This document shows, in pieces, positions 38,796 to 50,016 of a stretch of 64,000 nucleotides of DNA. The notes under the pieces are model-generated. The model saw only the letters and a program-made list of their open reading frames with translations, had not been told where the DNA came from and made no database searches. The DNA is from Vulcanimicrobiota bacterium (GTDB lineage: Bacteria; Vulcanimicrobiota; Vulcanimicrobiia; Vulcanimicrobiales; Vulcanimicrobiaceae): assembly GCA_963723515.1 (NCBI GenBank), contig CAVRQT010000001.1, positions 32,001-96,000 on the forward strand. Reading direction: 5' to 3'. How positions within the stretch are numbered: the stretch's first letter is position 1; the number at the start of each line of letters is the position of its first letter. A program made the translations under genes and the position numbers.

Positions 38796-40676
38796 ATGAT
38801 TCTCGAACGCATCAACCGCCCCGCCGACGTCAAGAAACTCTCTCGTCCCGAACTCGATGAACTAGCCGCCGAAATTCGCGAGCAACTCGTTTCGGTTTGC
38901 TCGCGCAACGGCGGCCATCTTGCACCGAACCTGGGCGTCGTTGAATTGACCCTTGCGTTGCATCGGGTTCTCAACTTGCCAAGCGACAGGCTCGTCTGGG
39001 ACGTGAGCCACCAAACCTACGTCCATAAGTTGCTCACCGGCCGGCGCGATCGTTTCTCGACGATCCGCAAAGGCGGCGGCCTCTCCGGGTTCGCGATGCG
39101 AAGCGAGTCGGAATACGATCCGTTCGGCGCGGGACATGCGTCCACAGGCGTCTCGTCGGCGCTCGGTATGGCAACGGCGCGCGATCTGACGCAACAGCAA
39201 CACGCAGTCGTCGCGGTGTTAGGCGACGGCGCGTTGACCGGCGGCCTGGCGTATGAAGCGCTCAATAACGCGGGGCAGCTGAAGACGAACTTCATCGTCA
39301 TCCTCAATGACAACGAGATGTCGATCGCGCCTAACGTCGGGTCGATTGCCTCATATCTCTCCGTCCTGCGCAGCAAGCCGATCTTCAACGCGGCGCGCGA
39401 GGCGACCAAGGACGTTCTCGACCACATCCCCTTCGGAGGCACCGCGCGCAAGGCGCTCTCAAGCGCGGAAGTCGGCGCGATCCGTTTCTTTGCGCCTTCC
39501 GAAAAGGCGGCGGTGATTTTCGAAGAGCTCGGATTCCGCTACATGGGGCCGCTCGACGGCCACAATCTGGACGTGTTGATCGATGCGCTGGAGACGGCGC
39601 GCAACATCGAAGGTCCCGTGCTGATTCACATTCGCACGATCAAAGGCAAAGGCTATGCCGTAGCCGAGTCGGACTCGCGCACGTTCCACGGCTGTCCGCC
39701 GTTCGAGATTCAAAATGGAACGATTGAGAAGAAGCCTGGTGCGCGCCCTACATTCGCCGATGTTTTCGGGGACGCGATGAACGTGGTTGCCGAACGCGAC
39801 TCGCGCGTTATCGGCATCACCGCCGCGATGCCGGACGGCACGAAGCTCTCAAAATTTGCGAAGCGTTTTCCGGATCGCTATTTCGACGTCGGCATCGCCG
39901 AAGCGCATGCGGTCTGCTTTGCGGCCGGCGCTGCGACCGCCGGACTCAAACCGGTCTGCGCGATTTACTCGACGTTCTTGCAGCGCGCGTACGACCAAGT
40001 CGTCCACGATGTTGTCGTTCAGAATTTGCCGGTCGTCTTCTGCATGGACCGCGCGGGTTTCGTCGGCGACGACGGTCCAACGCACATGGGGCTGTACGAT
40101 ATCGCCTACCTGCGCACGCTGCCGAACATGACGATCATGGCGCCGCGCGACGAAGATGAGCTTCTGCCGATGCTCGAGCACGCGCTTTCCCTCGACGCGC
40201 CGGCTGCGATTCGATATCCGCGCGGCAGCACCGCCGGCTCGCATCAGGAGCCGCATGCGCCGATCGTGCACGGCCGCGCCGAAGTGCTGCGTAAAGGAAG
40301 CGGCGTCGCCGTTCTTGCGCTCGGCAACACGGTTGAAACGGCGCTCGACGCCTACGATCTGTTGCCTGAGGACGGGCCGCGTCCGACGATCGTCAACGCG
40401 CGCTTCGCAAAGCCGCTCGATGAGCCGCTGCTGATCGAACTTGCCGGCGACCACGAGCGTTTTCTTACCTTAGAAGAACACTCGCTCGCGGGGGGCTTCG
40501 GTTCGGCGGTCGCGGAGTTCGTTTCGGATCACGGCCTTGGCATCTCGATCGAACGGATCGGCGTGCCGAACGTGCTCGTGCAGCACGATAGCCAGCCAAA
40601 ACAACGTGCCCAGTTCGGGCTGCAGGCCGAGAGCCTGGCAGCGCGGTTGGCGCTCAGGACGGAGTCCAAAGTTTGA
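38796..40676 (+). CDS. dxs: 1-deoxy-D-xylulose-5-phosphate synthase
   Basis: GGHLAPNLGVVELT; GHASTG; GDGALTGG..EALNN; NDNEMSI; DVGIAEAHAV; DGPTH. Confidence 0.97.
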   Translation: MILERINRPADVKKLSRPELDELAAEIREQLVSVCSRNGGHLAPNLGVVELTLALHRVLNLPSDRLVWDVSHQTYVHKLLTGRRDRFSTIRKGGGLSGFAMRSESEYDPFGAGHASTGVSSALGMATARDLTQQQHAVVAVLGDGALTGGLAYEALNNAGQLKTNFIVILNDNEMSIAPNVGSIASYLSVLRSKPIFNAAREATKDVLDHIPFGGTARKALSSAEVGAIRFFAPSEKAAVIFEELGFRYMGPLDGHNLDVLIDALETARNIEGPVLIHIRTIKGKGYAVAESDSRTFHGCPPFEIQNGTIEKKPGARPTFADVFGDAMNVVAERDSRVIGITAAMPDGTKLSKFAKRFPDRYFDVGIAEAHAVCFAAGAATAGLKPVCAIYSTFLQRAYDQVVHDVVVQNLPVVFCMDRAGFVGDDGPTHMGLYDIAYLRTLPNMTIMAPRDEDELLPMLEHALSLDAPAAIRYPRGSTAGSHQEPHAPIVHGRAEVLRKGSGVAVLALGNTVETALDAYDLLPEDGPRPTIVNARFAKPLDEPLLIELAGDHERFLTLEEHSLAGGFGSAVAEFVSDHGLGISIERIGVPNVLVQHDSQPKQRAQFGLQAESLAARLALRTESKV

Positions 40677-41017
40677 TCGATCTTCTCTTGGCGGCAACCT
40701 CAGCGCCGCTTCTAACGCCGGCGCCTATCGCGCCGAATCTTACGCCGACTCAAGTTCCGCATTCGTGGGTCGCGCAGCATTTGCCGTGGGCGACGCACGC
40801 GTTTGCGGGCCTCGCAATCATCTTTGCGCTCGCGTTGATCTTCTTGCTGGCGATTCAAACGACGAAGCAAGAGGGACTTTCGGGAACGATCGGCGGTCGC
40901 GTGGAGTCTGCATACCGCGGCCGGCTCGGCATGGAGGAAAACCTAAAGCGGTTGACCGGCTTTGTGGCGGTGTGCCTAGTCGTCTTCTGGGCGATCCTCT
41001 CGCTGACGGGAATCTAG
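40673..41017 (+). CDS. secG: Preprotein translocase subunit SecG
   Basis: TM-IQ..K.EGLSGTIGG-loop-L.RLT-TM pattern. Confidence 0.75.
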   Translation: MIDLLLAATSAPLLTPAPIAPNLTPTQVPHSWVAQHLPWATHAFAGLAIIFALALIFLLAIQTTKQEGLSGTIGGRVESAYRGRLGMEENLKRLTGFVAVCLVVFWAILSLTGI

Positions 41018-41047
41018 AGCGATAGTTTTCAAGCGACGCATCATTAT

Positions 41048-41178
41048 CTGTCACCCTGAGCCAGCCTGTGCTGAGCGGCGTCGAAGCATCGAAGTGCCAC
41101 AGATCATGCCTTCTGCGACGGGCAATCACTTTGATCGCGCAAGATAGCGGCTGATGCTTCGACGAGCTCAGCTGACAG
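41048..41178. repeat. REPIN-like inverted doublet of the hairpin repeat; left arm holds a nested second copy
   Basis: CTGTCACCCTGAGCCA[GCCTGTGCTGAGCGGCGTCGAAGCA]TCGAAG at 41048-41094 and inverted TGCTTCGACGAGCTCAGCTGACAG at 41155-41178. Confidence 0.85.
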
Positions 41179-41220
41179 GGAGCGGTCTGCGTCCGTCATT
41201 AGCAGCGGAGCGCCTTCTAA

Positions 41221-42279
41221 TTGGCACTCCTAGAAGTTAAGAATCTTCGCACGACGTTTTTGACCGAAGACGGCTTGGTGACCGCCGTTAACGGTCTCTC
41301 GTATGCGATCGACGCCGGTTCCACGCTTGGCATCGTCGGAGAATCGGGATCCGGCAAGTCCGTCAACGCGCTCTCGATCATGCGGTTGATCCAGCGGCCC
41401 GGCAAGATCGAAGCCGGCGAAGTGTATTTGAACGGCGAGAATCTCCTGAAGAAGAGCGAGAACGAGATGCGCCACATTCGCGGCAACGAGATCGCTATGA
41501 TCTTCCAGGACCCGATGACCTCGCTCAACCCGGTGCTCACGATCGGCGAACAGATCTCAGAGGCGATTCAATTGCATCTCGGCTACAACCGCAAAGAGGC
41601 GCTTGCGAAGACGATCGACATGCTGCGGCTCGTCCGCATTCCCGCTCCGGAGAAGCGCGTGAGAGATTATCCGCACCAATTTTCCGGCGGCATGCGGCAG
41701 CGCGTCATGATCGCGATGTCACTCTCCTGCGAGCCGAAAGTTTTGATCGCCGACGAGCCGACGACGGCACTCGACGTCACGATTCAGGCGCAGATTCTGG
41801 AATTGATGAATGAGATGCAGACTCGCACCGGCACAGCGATCATCCTCATCACGCACGACCTGGGAATCGTCGCTGAAGTCTGCGAGAACGTTCTGGTAAT
41901 GTACGGCGGCAACATGGTCGAGTATGGCACGGCGGAACAGATCTTCGATCATCCGAAGATGCCGTACACGCAAGGCCTGCTCAGCTCGTTGCCGCGACTC
42001 GATGCGACCAAACCGGAACGCCTCGTGCCGATCAAAGGGCAGCCACCCAATTTGCTGCGCTTGCCGCCGGGTTGTGCATTCGCTCCGCGATGCGCCTTCC
42101 GGATGCCGATCTGCGATGAGCCCGTGCCGCTGTACGATTTCCAAGACGGCCATGTCGCGCGCTGCTACCTCTATGACGATCGCGCCGTCGGACAGCGGCC
42201 GATCGAGGTTGAGACCGCTCCCCGCGTTTCGCTCGAACAAGTCGCGGCAACGCCGCAAGAATTGGCGCAGAAGGCCTGA
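41221..42279 (+). CDS. oppD: Oligopeptide/dipeptide ABC transporter ATPase (OppD/DppD)
   Basis: [48 protein letters not shown]. Confidence 0.9.
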   Translation: MALLEVKNLRTTFLTEDGLVTAVNGLSYAIDAGSTLGIVGESGSGKSVNALSIMRLIQRPGKIEAGEVYLNGENLLKKSENEMRHIRGNEIAMIFQDPMTSLNPVLTIGEQISEAIQLHLGYNRKEALAKTIDMLRLVRIPAPEKRVRDYPHQFSGGMRQRVMIAMSLSCEPKVLIADEPTTALDVTIQAQILELMNEMQTRTGTAIILITHDLGIVAEVCENVLVMYGGNMVEYGTAEQIFDHPKMPYTQGLLSSLPRLDATKPERLVPIKGQPPNLLRLPPGCAFAPRCAFRMPICDEPVPLYDFQDGHVARCYLYDDRAVGQRPIEVETAPRVSLEQVAATPQELAQKA

Positions 42280-43342
42280 TGGCGATCGCAGAAGCTGCGC
42301 CGCAAACGACGGTCGGCGAAGAGCTGCTCGGCGTCAAAGACCTTTACAAGTACTTCCCGATTCACGCCGGGCTGATGTCGCGGCACGTCGGCGACGTCAA
42401 GGCGGTTGACGGCGTCGATTTTTCGATTGCGCACGGTGAGACGCTGGGACTCGTCGGAGAGTCGGGCTCCGGCAAGACGACGATTGGGCGCGTCATTTTG
42501 CGGCTGCTGCCTGCAACGCGGCGGCGAGGTCTTATTCGAAGGTCAGAATGTCTTGGCGCTCAGCCGCAACGAGGTCCGGAAACTGCGCAAAGAGATGCAG
42601 ATCATCTTCCAAGATCCGTTCGCGTCGCTCAACCCGCGGATGACGGTGGGCGATATCGTCGGCGAGCCGCTAAAAATTCACGGAATCGCCTCCGGGCGTG
42701 CCGGCGATGAGCGCACGCAAGAACTCCTGCGGCTCGTCGGCTTGCAGCCGTACCACGCGAATCGTTATCCGCACGAATTTTCCGGCGGTCAACGGCAGCG
42801 TATCGGCATCGCACGGGCGCTCGCGGTCGATCCGAAATTCATCGTCTGCGATGAGCCCGTTTCCGCGCTCGACGTCTCGATTCAAGCGCAGGTCATCAAC
42901 TCTGCTCGAAGATTTGCAGGCCAAACTCCGCTTGACGTATCTCTTCATCGCGCACGATCTCTCGGTCGTGCGGCACATCTCGACCCGAGTCGCCGTCATG
43001 TATGTCGGCAAGCTCATGGAGCTGGCCGATCGCGATTCGCTCTACGAAAATCCGCTGCACCCGTACACGCAGGCGTTGCTTTCCGCCATTCCGATTCCCG
43101 ATCCGCGCGTCGAACGGCGCCGTAAACGGATTATCTTGATGGGCGATATCCCTTCGCCCGTGAATCCGCCGTCCGGCTGCCGTTTTCACACGCGCTGCCC
43201 CATTGCGTTCGATCGCTGCCGCGTGGAAATTCCGCCGTTCAATGAGTACAAACCGGGCCATTTTGCGGCGTGCCACTGGGTAGAAGAACACGGGGGCCAA
43301 GCGCCCGATTTAGCGGGCGACGCTGCAGCGAGCGCGGCCTAA
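42279..43342 (+). CDS. oppF: Oligopeptide/dipeptide ABC transporter ATPase (OppF/DppF); frameshifts near 42520 and 42900
   Basis: [53 protein letters not shown] across three frames. Confidence 0.88.
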
Positions 43343-43348
43343 AAAAAT

Positions 43349-43379
43349 GAAAAACCGGCCAGTTTATGGCCGGTTTTTC
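43349..43379. terminator. Bidirectional intrinsic terminator
   Basis: GAAAAACCGGCCA-GTTTA-TGGCCGGTTTTTC perfect 13-bp stem between convergent genes. Confidence 0.85.
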
Positions 43380-43399
43380 GCTGCTGTGCGGCGCTAGCG

Positions 43400-43786
43400 T
43401 TAGCTTTTCTTGCGGCCGCCCTTTTTGCGACGCCCGCCTTTACGGCCGGACGATTTCTTACGGCCACCGCTCGATTTCTTGCGGCCACCGCTCGATTTCT
43501 TACGGCCGCCTTTGCGCCCGCCCGATGATTTCTTACGGCCGCTTGATTTCTTGCGTCCGCTCGATTTCTTGCGTCCACCTTTGCGGCCGCCCGTTGATTT
43601 CTTACGCCCGCCGGTTGACTTCTTACGGCTGCCGGTTGATTTCTTACGGCCGCCGGTTGATTTCTTGCGGCCACCGCCGCCTTTTCTGCTACCCGAAGAT
43701 TTGCGACGGCCCGATGATTTTCTGCGTCCGCGACCGGACGTTTCCATGTCCATCGTTTCGCCGTTTTGCATCATGTCGGAATCCAT
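43400..43786 (-). CDS. Protamine/histone-H1-like basic protein (GGRKKS repeats), 128 aa
   Basis: SD GAGAGGA 6 nt before ATG 43786; after a short acidic leader it is almost only G/R/K/S/T; own terminator. Confidence 0.8.
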   Translation of the reverse strand: MDSDMMQNGETMDMETSGRGRRKSSGRRKSSGSRKGGGGRKKSTGGRKKSTGSRKKSTGGRKKSTGGRKGGRKKSSGRKKSSGRKKSSGGRKGGRKKSSGGRKKSSGGRKKSSGRKGGRRKKGGRKKS

Positions 43787-43927
43787 CGATGTCCTCTCTC
43801 GTCCCTTCGGACGAACATGATTGATATTGGGCGCGCCGATGTTCGGCGCTTGTGCGTGCATCGTACATTTTTTTGCAAGATATTGCAAATGATGAACGCG
43901 CGCGGGACGCGCGTCCGACACTCGAAA

Positions 43928-43958
43928 TTGACGGCGCCCTTGACGCTCGGTATATACT
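43928..43958 (+). promoter_or_regulatory. sigma70-type topA promoter TTGACG-N19-TATACT, 7 nt before the GTG start
   Basis: Near-consensus hexamers; no SD before GTG 43966. Confidence 0.55.
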
Positions 43959-43965
43959 TAGCCCC

Positions 43966-46083
43966 GTGAAAAAGCCCCTGATCATCGTTGAGTCGCCGAC
44001 GAAAGCGCGTACGATCAAGAAGTTCTTGCCGCCGCGCTACACCGTTAAGGCGTCAGTGGGCCATGTCCGCGACCTTCCAAAGAGCACGCTGGGCGTCGAT
44101 ATCGAGCATGATTTCGAGCCGCGATACCTGACGATTAAAGGTAAGGGCGAGGTCATCAAAGACCTCAAGGGTGCGCTGAAAACAGCCGATGACGTGTACC
44201 TCGCGACCGATCCCGACCGCGAAGGTGAAGCGATCGCCTGGCATCTCGCGGAACTTCTGAAACTGCACGATCCGAAGCGGATCGAGCTGCACGAAATCAC
44301 CAAAGAAGCGGCCATGGCCGCGCTGCGTGCGCCGCATCGCATCGATCACAATCGCGTTAATGCGCAGCAGGCGCGGCGCATCCTCGACCGCATCGTGGGC
44401 TATAAGATCTCGCCGCTGCTCTGGTCGAAAATCCGTGGGGGTCTCTCAGCCGGACGCGTTCAGTCGGTGGCGGTCAAATTGATCGTCGAACGCGAGCGCG
44501 AGATCGAGCGTTTCGTCCCCCAAGAATATTGGTCGATTACCGCCTTTCTCTCGCCGCAAGATGACGACGGCGCACTTTTCCCCGCCGACTTGATCCTCGT
44601 TGACGGCGAGAAGATTCAAATTTCGAACGGCGGTCAATCTTCCGCAATCGTTTCGGACCTCGAAGGCGCGCGCTACGTTGTAGAAACCGTCAAACGGCGA
44701 GAGGCACGGCGCAATGCACCGCCGCCGTTCACGACCTCAACGCTGCAGCAAGAAGCGTCCAAGCGTTTAAAGCTGCGCGTTCGGCGCACAATGCAACTGG
44801 CGCAAGCGCTCTATGAGGGCATCGATCTCGGCGCTGAGGGGACGCAGGGCTTAATCACCTATATGCGCACCGATTCGACGCGCATCTCCGATTCGGCGCG
44901 GGAAGCGGCGCGCAACTACATCGTTCAGAAGTACGGCGCGCAGTATCACAGCGGACGGCGAACATCGCGTTCGTGAAGGTGCCCAAGACGCGCACGAAGC
45001 GCTGCGGCCGACATCCATTGAGCGCACGCCCGACACGCTGGCGAACGTGCTCAAGCGAGACGAGCTTCGCCTTTACACGTTAATCTGGCAGCGTTTCGTC
45101 GCCTCACAAATGTCGGCGGCGGTCTTCGATCAGACGACCGTCGATATTACGGCGCAACGTCCGCAAGCGCAGCACAAATACACATTTCGTGCGACCGGCA
45201 GCGTAATGAAGTTCGCGGGGTTCACGGAAGTCGTATAAGGAATAAGGAAGACGATGGGAGCAAGGCCGCGACTCACGGTCGCACGCTCTTGCCTGAAATG
45301 GCGGACGCACAGGCCCTGAGCTTTCACCGGCTCGAGTCGAAACAGCACTTCACCGAGCCGCCGCCGCGCTACACCGAAGCCTCGCTCGTCAAGGCACTCG
45401 AAGACAACGGCATTGGGCGTCCTTCGACGTACAGCACGATCGTCGAAACGATTCAGGCGCGCCAATACGTCACCCAAGAAGACCGCCGCTTCCATCCGAC
45501 GGAGATCGGTATTGCCGTCAACGATCTGCTCGCAGAGCATTTCCCCGACGTCGTCGATCTCGACTTCACCGCTTCAATGGAAAGCGATTTGGATCGCGTC
45601 GAGGACGGCCAAGAAGATTGGGTCTCGCTGCTCAAGCGTTTCTACGGACCCTTCAAAGCGGAGCTCGATCAAGCGCAACGCATGTTGCCGAAGGTTGAAT
45701 TCCGCGATGAGCCGACCGATGAAGTCTGTCCGAATTGCGGCCGCCCGATGGTGATCAAATCGGGGCGCTTCGGCCGCTTCGTCTCGTGCACCGGATATCC
45801 CGAATGCAAGACGACGCATCCCTTGATCGTCGACACCGGCGTGCGCTGCCCGGTCGACGGCGGAATCATCGCCGAACGCCGTTCGCGCAAAGGCCGGGTG
45901 TTCTACGGTTGCGTCAACTATCCGAAATGTGACTTCGTTCTCTGGGATCGTCCGCTGCCACAGGCGTGTCCGGTCTGTGGCGCGCTGGTTGTCGAAAAGA
46001 CGAAGCGCGGCGGCGTGACGCAAATCGAATGCAGCGCCGATCGCACGCATGAAGTCGGACCGGCGACGGCAGCGGTATCGTGA
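43966..46083 (+). CDS. topA: DNA topoisomerase I (frame breaks near 44955 and 45240, probably errors)
   Basis: LIIVESPTKA; SVGHVRDL; ATDPDREGEAI; SAGRVQS; ITYMRTDS; QDAHEALRPT; GIGRPSTY; C-terminal Zn ribbons. Confidence 0.95.
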
Positions 46084-47477
46084 GCGCGTGCATTACGGTC
46101 ATCGGCGGCGGTCTGGCCGGCTGCGAAGCGGCGTGGCAGGCAGCACGCAGCGGTGCGGATGTCGAGCTGATAGAAATGCGGCCGGCGCGGCGAGGTCCAG
46201 CGCATCATACTGCGGATCTTGCGGAGCTGGTTTGCAGCAATAGCTTTCGGGGCGCCGCGCTCGAGAATGCGGTCGGCCTCCTCAAAGAAGAGCTTGTGCA
46301 CCTCGATTCCATTATCATCAGCAGCGCGCGGGAATGTGCTGTCCCGGCCGGCGGCGCACTGGCGGTCGATCGAACACGCTTCTCGCAGTTCGTGCAAACG
46401 CGATTGCTGGAAGAACCGCGCGTGACCATCCGCCGAGAAGAAGCCACTCGTATTCCACGGGATCGGCCAGCGATCGTTGCCTGCGGGCCGCTTCCGAGCG
46501 AAGCGCTGATCGACGATATCGATGCGCTGCTGCAAGAAGCCGGTGCGCGCTCGCGGCTCCACTATTATGACGCCGCTTCACCGATTGTCGCCGCTGATTC
46601 GATCGACACGACGAAGATGTATGCGAAGGCGCGCTATGATAAAGGCAACGGCGACGACTATCTGAACATCCCGCTCGACGAAACGCAATACCGCGACTTC
46701 CTCGCCGACTTGCGATCTTTGCCGCAGCACGAACCCAAAGAATTTGAATGCGATGCTTCGGGTGGGCGGCGACCGTTCTTCGAGGGGTGCCTCCCGATCG
46801 AAGAGATGGCGTCTCGAGGCGACGACGTTCTCCGATTCGGTCCGTTAAAGCCGGTCGGTCTGCGCGATCCGCGCACCGGAAAAACGCCGTATGCCGTCGT
46901 TCAATTGCGCAAGGAGAACGCACAAGCAACCGCCTTGAATTTGGTCGGCTTTCAAACGCGCATGACGTGGCCGGCACAAAGGGAGGCATTTTGCAAACTG
47001 CCGGGGCTGCACGATGCGGAGTGGCTGCGGCTCGGCGTGATGCATCGCAACACGTTCATCGATTCGCCGCGGCTGCTAGATGAAGAGTTGCGATTGCGTG
47101 GCCCTTCGACAGGCTCAGGACAAGCGCTGCATTTTGCCGGCCAAATCACCGGCGCCGAAGGCTACGTCGAAGCCGCCGCATGCGGCGCAATCGCGGGAAT
47201 CGCCGCTGCGCGACGCGCGTTGCACCTGCCGGCGGTGCGCATTCCACGCGAGACCGCACTCGGCGCGGTGATTGCTCATTTGCAGAACGACGTCACGCCG
47301 GATTTTCAGCCCTCGAACGTGACGTGGGGCGACTTTCCGTCGCTCGATGGCGCGCCTAAGGACAAGAAGGCACGCCGTCGGCAAATGGCGCAACGCGCGC
47401 TCGAATCGCTTGTGCATTTCCGCAAGGCAATCGGGCGCGAGACGGCCGGTGGAACCTTGTTGGCACGCGTCGGGTAA
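46080..47477 (+). CDS. trmFO: Folate-dependent tRNA m5U54 methyltransferase TrmFO
   Basis: [51 protein letters not shown]; topA-trmFO-hslVU synteny. Confidence 0.96.
   Translation: MSACITVIGGGLAGCEAAWQAARSGADVELIEMRPARRGPAHHTADLAELVCSNSFRGAALENAVGLLKEELVHLDSIIISSARECAVPAGGALAVDRTRFSQFVQTRLLEEPRVTIRREEATRIPRDRPAIVACGPLPSEALIDDIDALLQEAGARSRLHYYDAASPIVAADSIDTTKMYAKARYDKGNGDDYLNIPLDETQYRDFLADLRSLPQHEPKEFECDASGGRRPFFEGCLPIEEMASRGDDVLRFGPLKPVGLRDPRTGKTPYAVVQLRKENAQATALNLVGFQTRMTWPAQREAFCKLPGLHDAEWLRLGVMHRNTFIDSPRLLDEELRLRGPSTGSGQALHFAGQITGAEGYVEAAACGAIAGIAAARRALHLPAVRIPRETALGAVIAHLQNDVTPDFQPSNVTWGDFPSLDGAPKDKKARRRQMAQRALESLVHFRKAIGRETAGGTLLARVG
47100..47125 (-). repeat. REP-like hairpin repeat in frame within trmFO
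   Basis: GGCCCTTCGACAGGCTCAGGACAAGC encodes GPSTGSGQA just before LHFAGQITG. Confidence 0.85.
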
Positions 47478-47488
47478 GTAGTCAAGGT

Positions 47489-48034
47489 ATGCGGCTCCAA
47501 TCGACGACGATCATCGCCGTGCGGCGCGATGGGCAACTTGCAATTGCGGGCGACGGCCAGGTGACCTTCGACAAGACGATCATGAAGCACGGTGCGCGTA
47601 AGGTGCGCCGTATTTCCGATGGCAAGGTGCTCGCGGGTTTCGCCGGTTCGGCAGCCGACGGCATCACGTTGCTCGAGAAGTTCGAGGGCAAACTCGGCGA
47701 GTATAAGGATAACATCGTTCGCGCCGCGGTCGAGCTCGCAAAAGACTGGCGCTCGGATCGTGCGCTTCGTCGCCTGGAAGCGCTGTTGATCGTCGGAACG
47801 CCGCAGCATCTCTTCGTGCTCAGCGGCAACGGCGACGTCATCGAGCCGGATGAAGGCGTCGTCGCGATCGGCAGTGGCGGCCCATACGCACAGGCCGCCG
47901 CAACGGCCCTCGTGCGCAACACGTCGCTCGATGCCGAGAAGATCGCGTGCACTGCGCTGGAGATCGCGGCCGACATCTGCATTTATACGAACAAGGATGT
48001 CGTCGTCGAGACGATGTCATCCAACGGACGATGA
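47489..48034 (+). CDS. hslV: ATP-dependent protease subunit HslV
   Basis: [35 protein letters not shown]. Confidence 0.97.
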   Translation: MRLQSTTIIAVRRDGQLAIAGDGQVTFDKTIMKHGARKVRRISDGKVLAGFAGSAADGITLLEKFEGKLGEYKDNIVRAAVELAKDWRSDRALRRLEALLIVGTPQHLFVLSGNGDVIEPDEGVVAIGSGGPYAQAAATALVRNTSLDAEKIACTALEIAADICIYTNKDVVVETMSSNGR

Positions 48035-49458
48035 CCGACTCATTTGATTTGACGCCGCGTCAGATCGTGGCGGAGCTCGACAAATACATCGTCGGACAAG
48101 GCAAGGCGAAGCGCGCGGTCGCGATCGCAATGCGCAATCGCTATCGCCGGGAACGGGTGAGCGATGAGATGCGCGCCGACATCATGCCGAAGAACATCTT
48201 GATGATCGGTCCCACGGGGGTTGGAAAGACGGAAATCGCGCGACGGCTCGCGTCGCTTGCGGGGGCGCCCTTCGTCAAAGTTGAGGCGACGAAATATACC
48301 GAGGTCGGCTATGTCGGCCGCGACGTCGAGTCCATGATCAGAGATCTCGTCGAGGCTGCGGTGCGCATCGTGCAAGAGGAGCGGCGCGAAGAAGTAAGTG
48401 AGGCGGCCGAACATGCCGCGATCGACCGCATCATCGATGTGCTGCATCCGGAAACGCGCCCTCCATCATCCCAACCGGCGAACAATCCATTCGCAGCGAC
48501 GCTCGGTTCGATCTTTGGTGGAACGGGCACCCAGACGCAGACCGTAACGACGCCCACGACAACCTCGACGTCGCGCGACCAGTCGATGCGTACGCGTGAG
48601 ACCGCGCGTGCCGATATCGAACGCGGTTTCTACGACGTGCGCTTGATCGAAATCGAAGTGGAAGAGGCGCAAAGCCTGCCGATCGGCGTGATCGGAGGCG
48701 TCGACGCGGGCGGCGGCGCGGATTTAGGCGACATGCTCGGCGGCTTGCTTCCGAAGAAGAAGATGCGCAAGCGCGTCACCGTTCAGGAAGCGCGCCGCAT
48801 CTTCGCTCAGGAAGAATCGAACAAGCTAATCGACATGGACGCTGTCAAGCGCGAGGCGCTGCGGCGCGCCGGTGAAAACGGAATCGTCTTCATCGATGAG
48901 ATCGACAAAGTTGCCGGCAGCCAAGGTGGTCGCGGACCCGACGTTTCTCGTGAAGGAGTGCAGCGCGATATTTTGCCGATCGTTGAAGGCAGCACGGTCA
49001 ACACCAAACACGGACCGATCAAGACCGACCACGTGCTCTTCATCGCCGCCGGGGCATTTCACATGAGCAAGCCGTCGGATCTCATCCCAGAGCTCCAAGG
49101 ACGTTTTCCGATTCGTGTCGAGCTCGATTCCCTAACCGCTGAAGATTTCAAGACGATCTTGACGACGCCGCGCAATGCGCTTGTCGAGCAATATAAGGCG
49201 CTCCTCGGCGTTGAGGACGTCACGCTCCAATTTGACGATGATGCGATCGAGCAGATCGCGCAATTTGCGATGCAGGTCAACGACCAAAGCGAGAACATTG
49301 GCGCGCGGCGGCTGCATACCGTGATGGAGCGGCTGTTGGAAGATCTCAGCTATGGGGCACCGGAAGAAAAAGGCGCCGTGCGCATCGACGGTACGTACGT
49401 TCGCGAAAAGTTGGCGCAGATCATAAAGGACGCCGACCTGACGAACTTCATCCTCTAA
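48031..49458 (+). CDS. hslU: ATP-dependent protease ATPase HslU
   Basis: [48 protein letters not shown]. Confidence 0.97.
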   Translation: MTDSFDLTPRQIVAELDKYIVGQGKAKRAVAIAMRNRYRRERVSDEMRADIMPKNILMIGPTGVGKTEIARRLASLAGAPFVKVEATKYTEVGYVGRDVESMIRDLVEAAVRIVQEERREEVSEAAEHAAIDRIIDVLHPETRPPSSQPANNPFAATLGSIFGGTGTQTQTVTTPTTTSTSRDQSMRTRETARADIERGFYDVRLIEIEVEEAQSLPIGVIGGVDAGGGADLGDMLGGLLPKKKMRKRVTVQEARRIFAQEESNKLIDMDAVKREALRRAGENGIVFIDEIDKVAGSQGGRGPDVSREGVQRDILPIVEGSTVNTKHGPIKTDHVLFIAAGAFHMSKPSDLIPELQGRFPIRVELDSLTAEDFKTILTTPRNALVEQYKALLGVEDVTLQFDDDAIEQIAQFAMQVNDQSENIGARRLHTVMERLLEDLSYGAPEEKGAVRIDGTYVREKLAQIIKDADLTNFIL

Positions 49459-49998
49459 ATGCCGTACGTTCGCACGATCATCCACGATGGGCATCCGACG
49501 CTCCGTAAGGTTGCAAAGCGCGTTCGGGCTGAAGAAATCGCCGATCCGCTCTTTCAACAACTGATCGACGACATGTTCCTGACGATGTATGCCGCGCCGG
49601 GTATCGGGCTCGCGGCGCCGCAGATCAACGTTTCTAAGCGCGTCTTCACGATTGATCTGCACGATGACGATCCGGCGCATGGGCCGTTTGTCGTCCTGAA
49701 CCCGAAGCTGGTTGAAACGCGCGGCGATGCCGAAGCAGTCGAAGGATGTTTGTCCGTGCCGAGCTACGTCGGTGACATGAAGCGGTATGAGTTCGTCGCG
49801 GTGACCGGCCTCGACCGGTCGGGGAAAAAAATTCGGCTCGAAGGCGACGGACTGTTCGCCCGGTGCGTGCAGCACGAGATCGATCATTTGAATGGGGTGC
49901 TCTACATCGACAAAGCGCGTGATGTCCGGCTCGCGCGTGAAGAAGAAGAGCAAACCGAAGAAGTCGCGCCTGTACCGCAAGCAGAGAGCGTGGGGTAA
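49459..49998 (+). CDS. def: Peptide deformylase
   Basis: GIGLAAPQ; EGCLS; QHEIDHLNG. Confidence 0.97.
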   Translation: MPYVRTIIHDGHPTLRKVAKRVRAEEIADPLFQQLIDDMFLTMYAAPGIGLAAPQINVSKRVFTIDLHDDDPAHGPFVVLNPKLVETRGDAEAVEGCLSVPSYVGDMKRYEFVAVTGLDRSGKKIRLEGDGLFARCVQHEIDHLNGVLYIDKARDVRLAREEEEQTEEVAPVPQAESVG

Positions 49999-50016
49999 TC
50001 CGCGGCGCGTAAGCAG

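Noticed and set aside
38583..38974. Long overlapping N-terminal extensions of dxs and the opposite-strand ORF
   Set aside because: Better starts at 38796 (+) and 38701 (-) remove the overlap.
43339..43824. Overlapping ORFs RPPLDFL.., ISYGRR.. and AAVRNQP..
   Set aside because: Alternate-frame shadows of the 21-bp repeat. Only the GGRKKS frame has an SD and a terminator.
24824..46083. Frameshifts in shc, hpnC, hpnK, hpnI, oppF (two) and topA (two) as programmed recoding or pathway decay
   Set aside because: The breaks are small indels, often at short homopolymers, with no shared slippery motif. They also hit topA while all catalytic motifs remain intact, which fits read or assembly error. 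Raw reads are needed to confirm.
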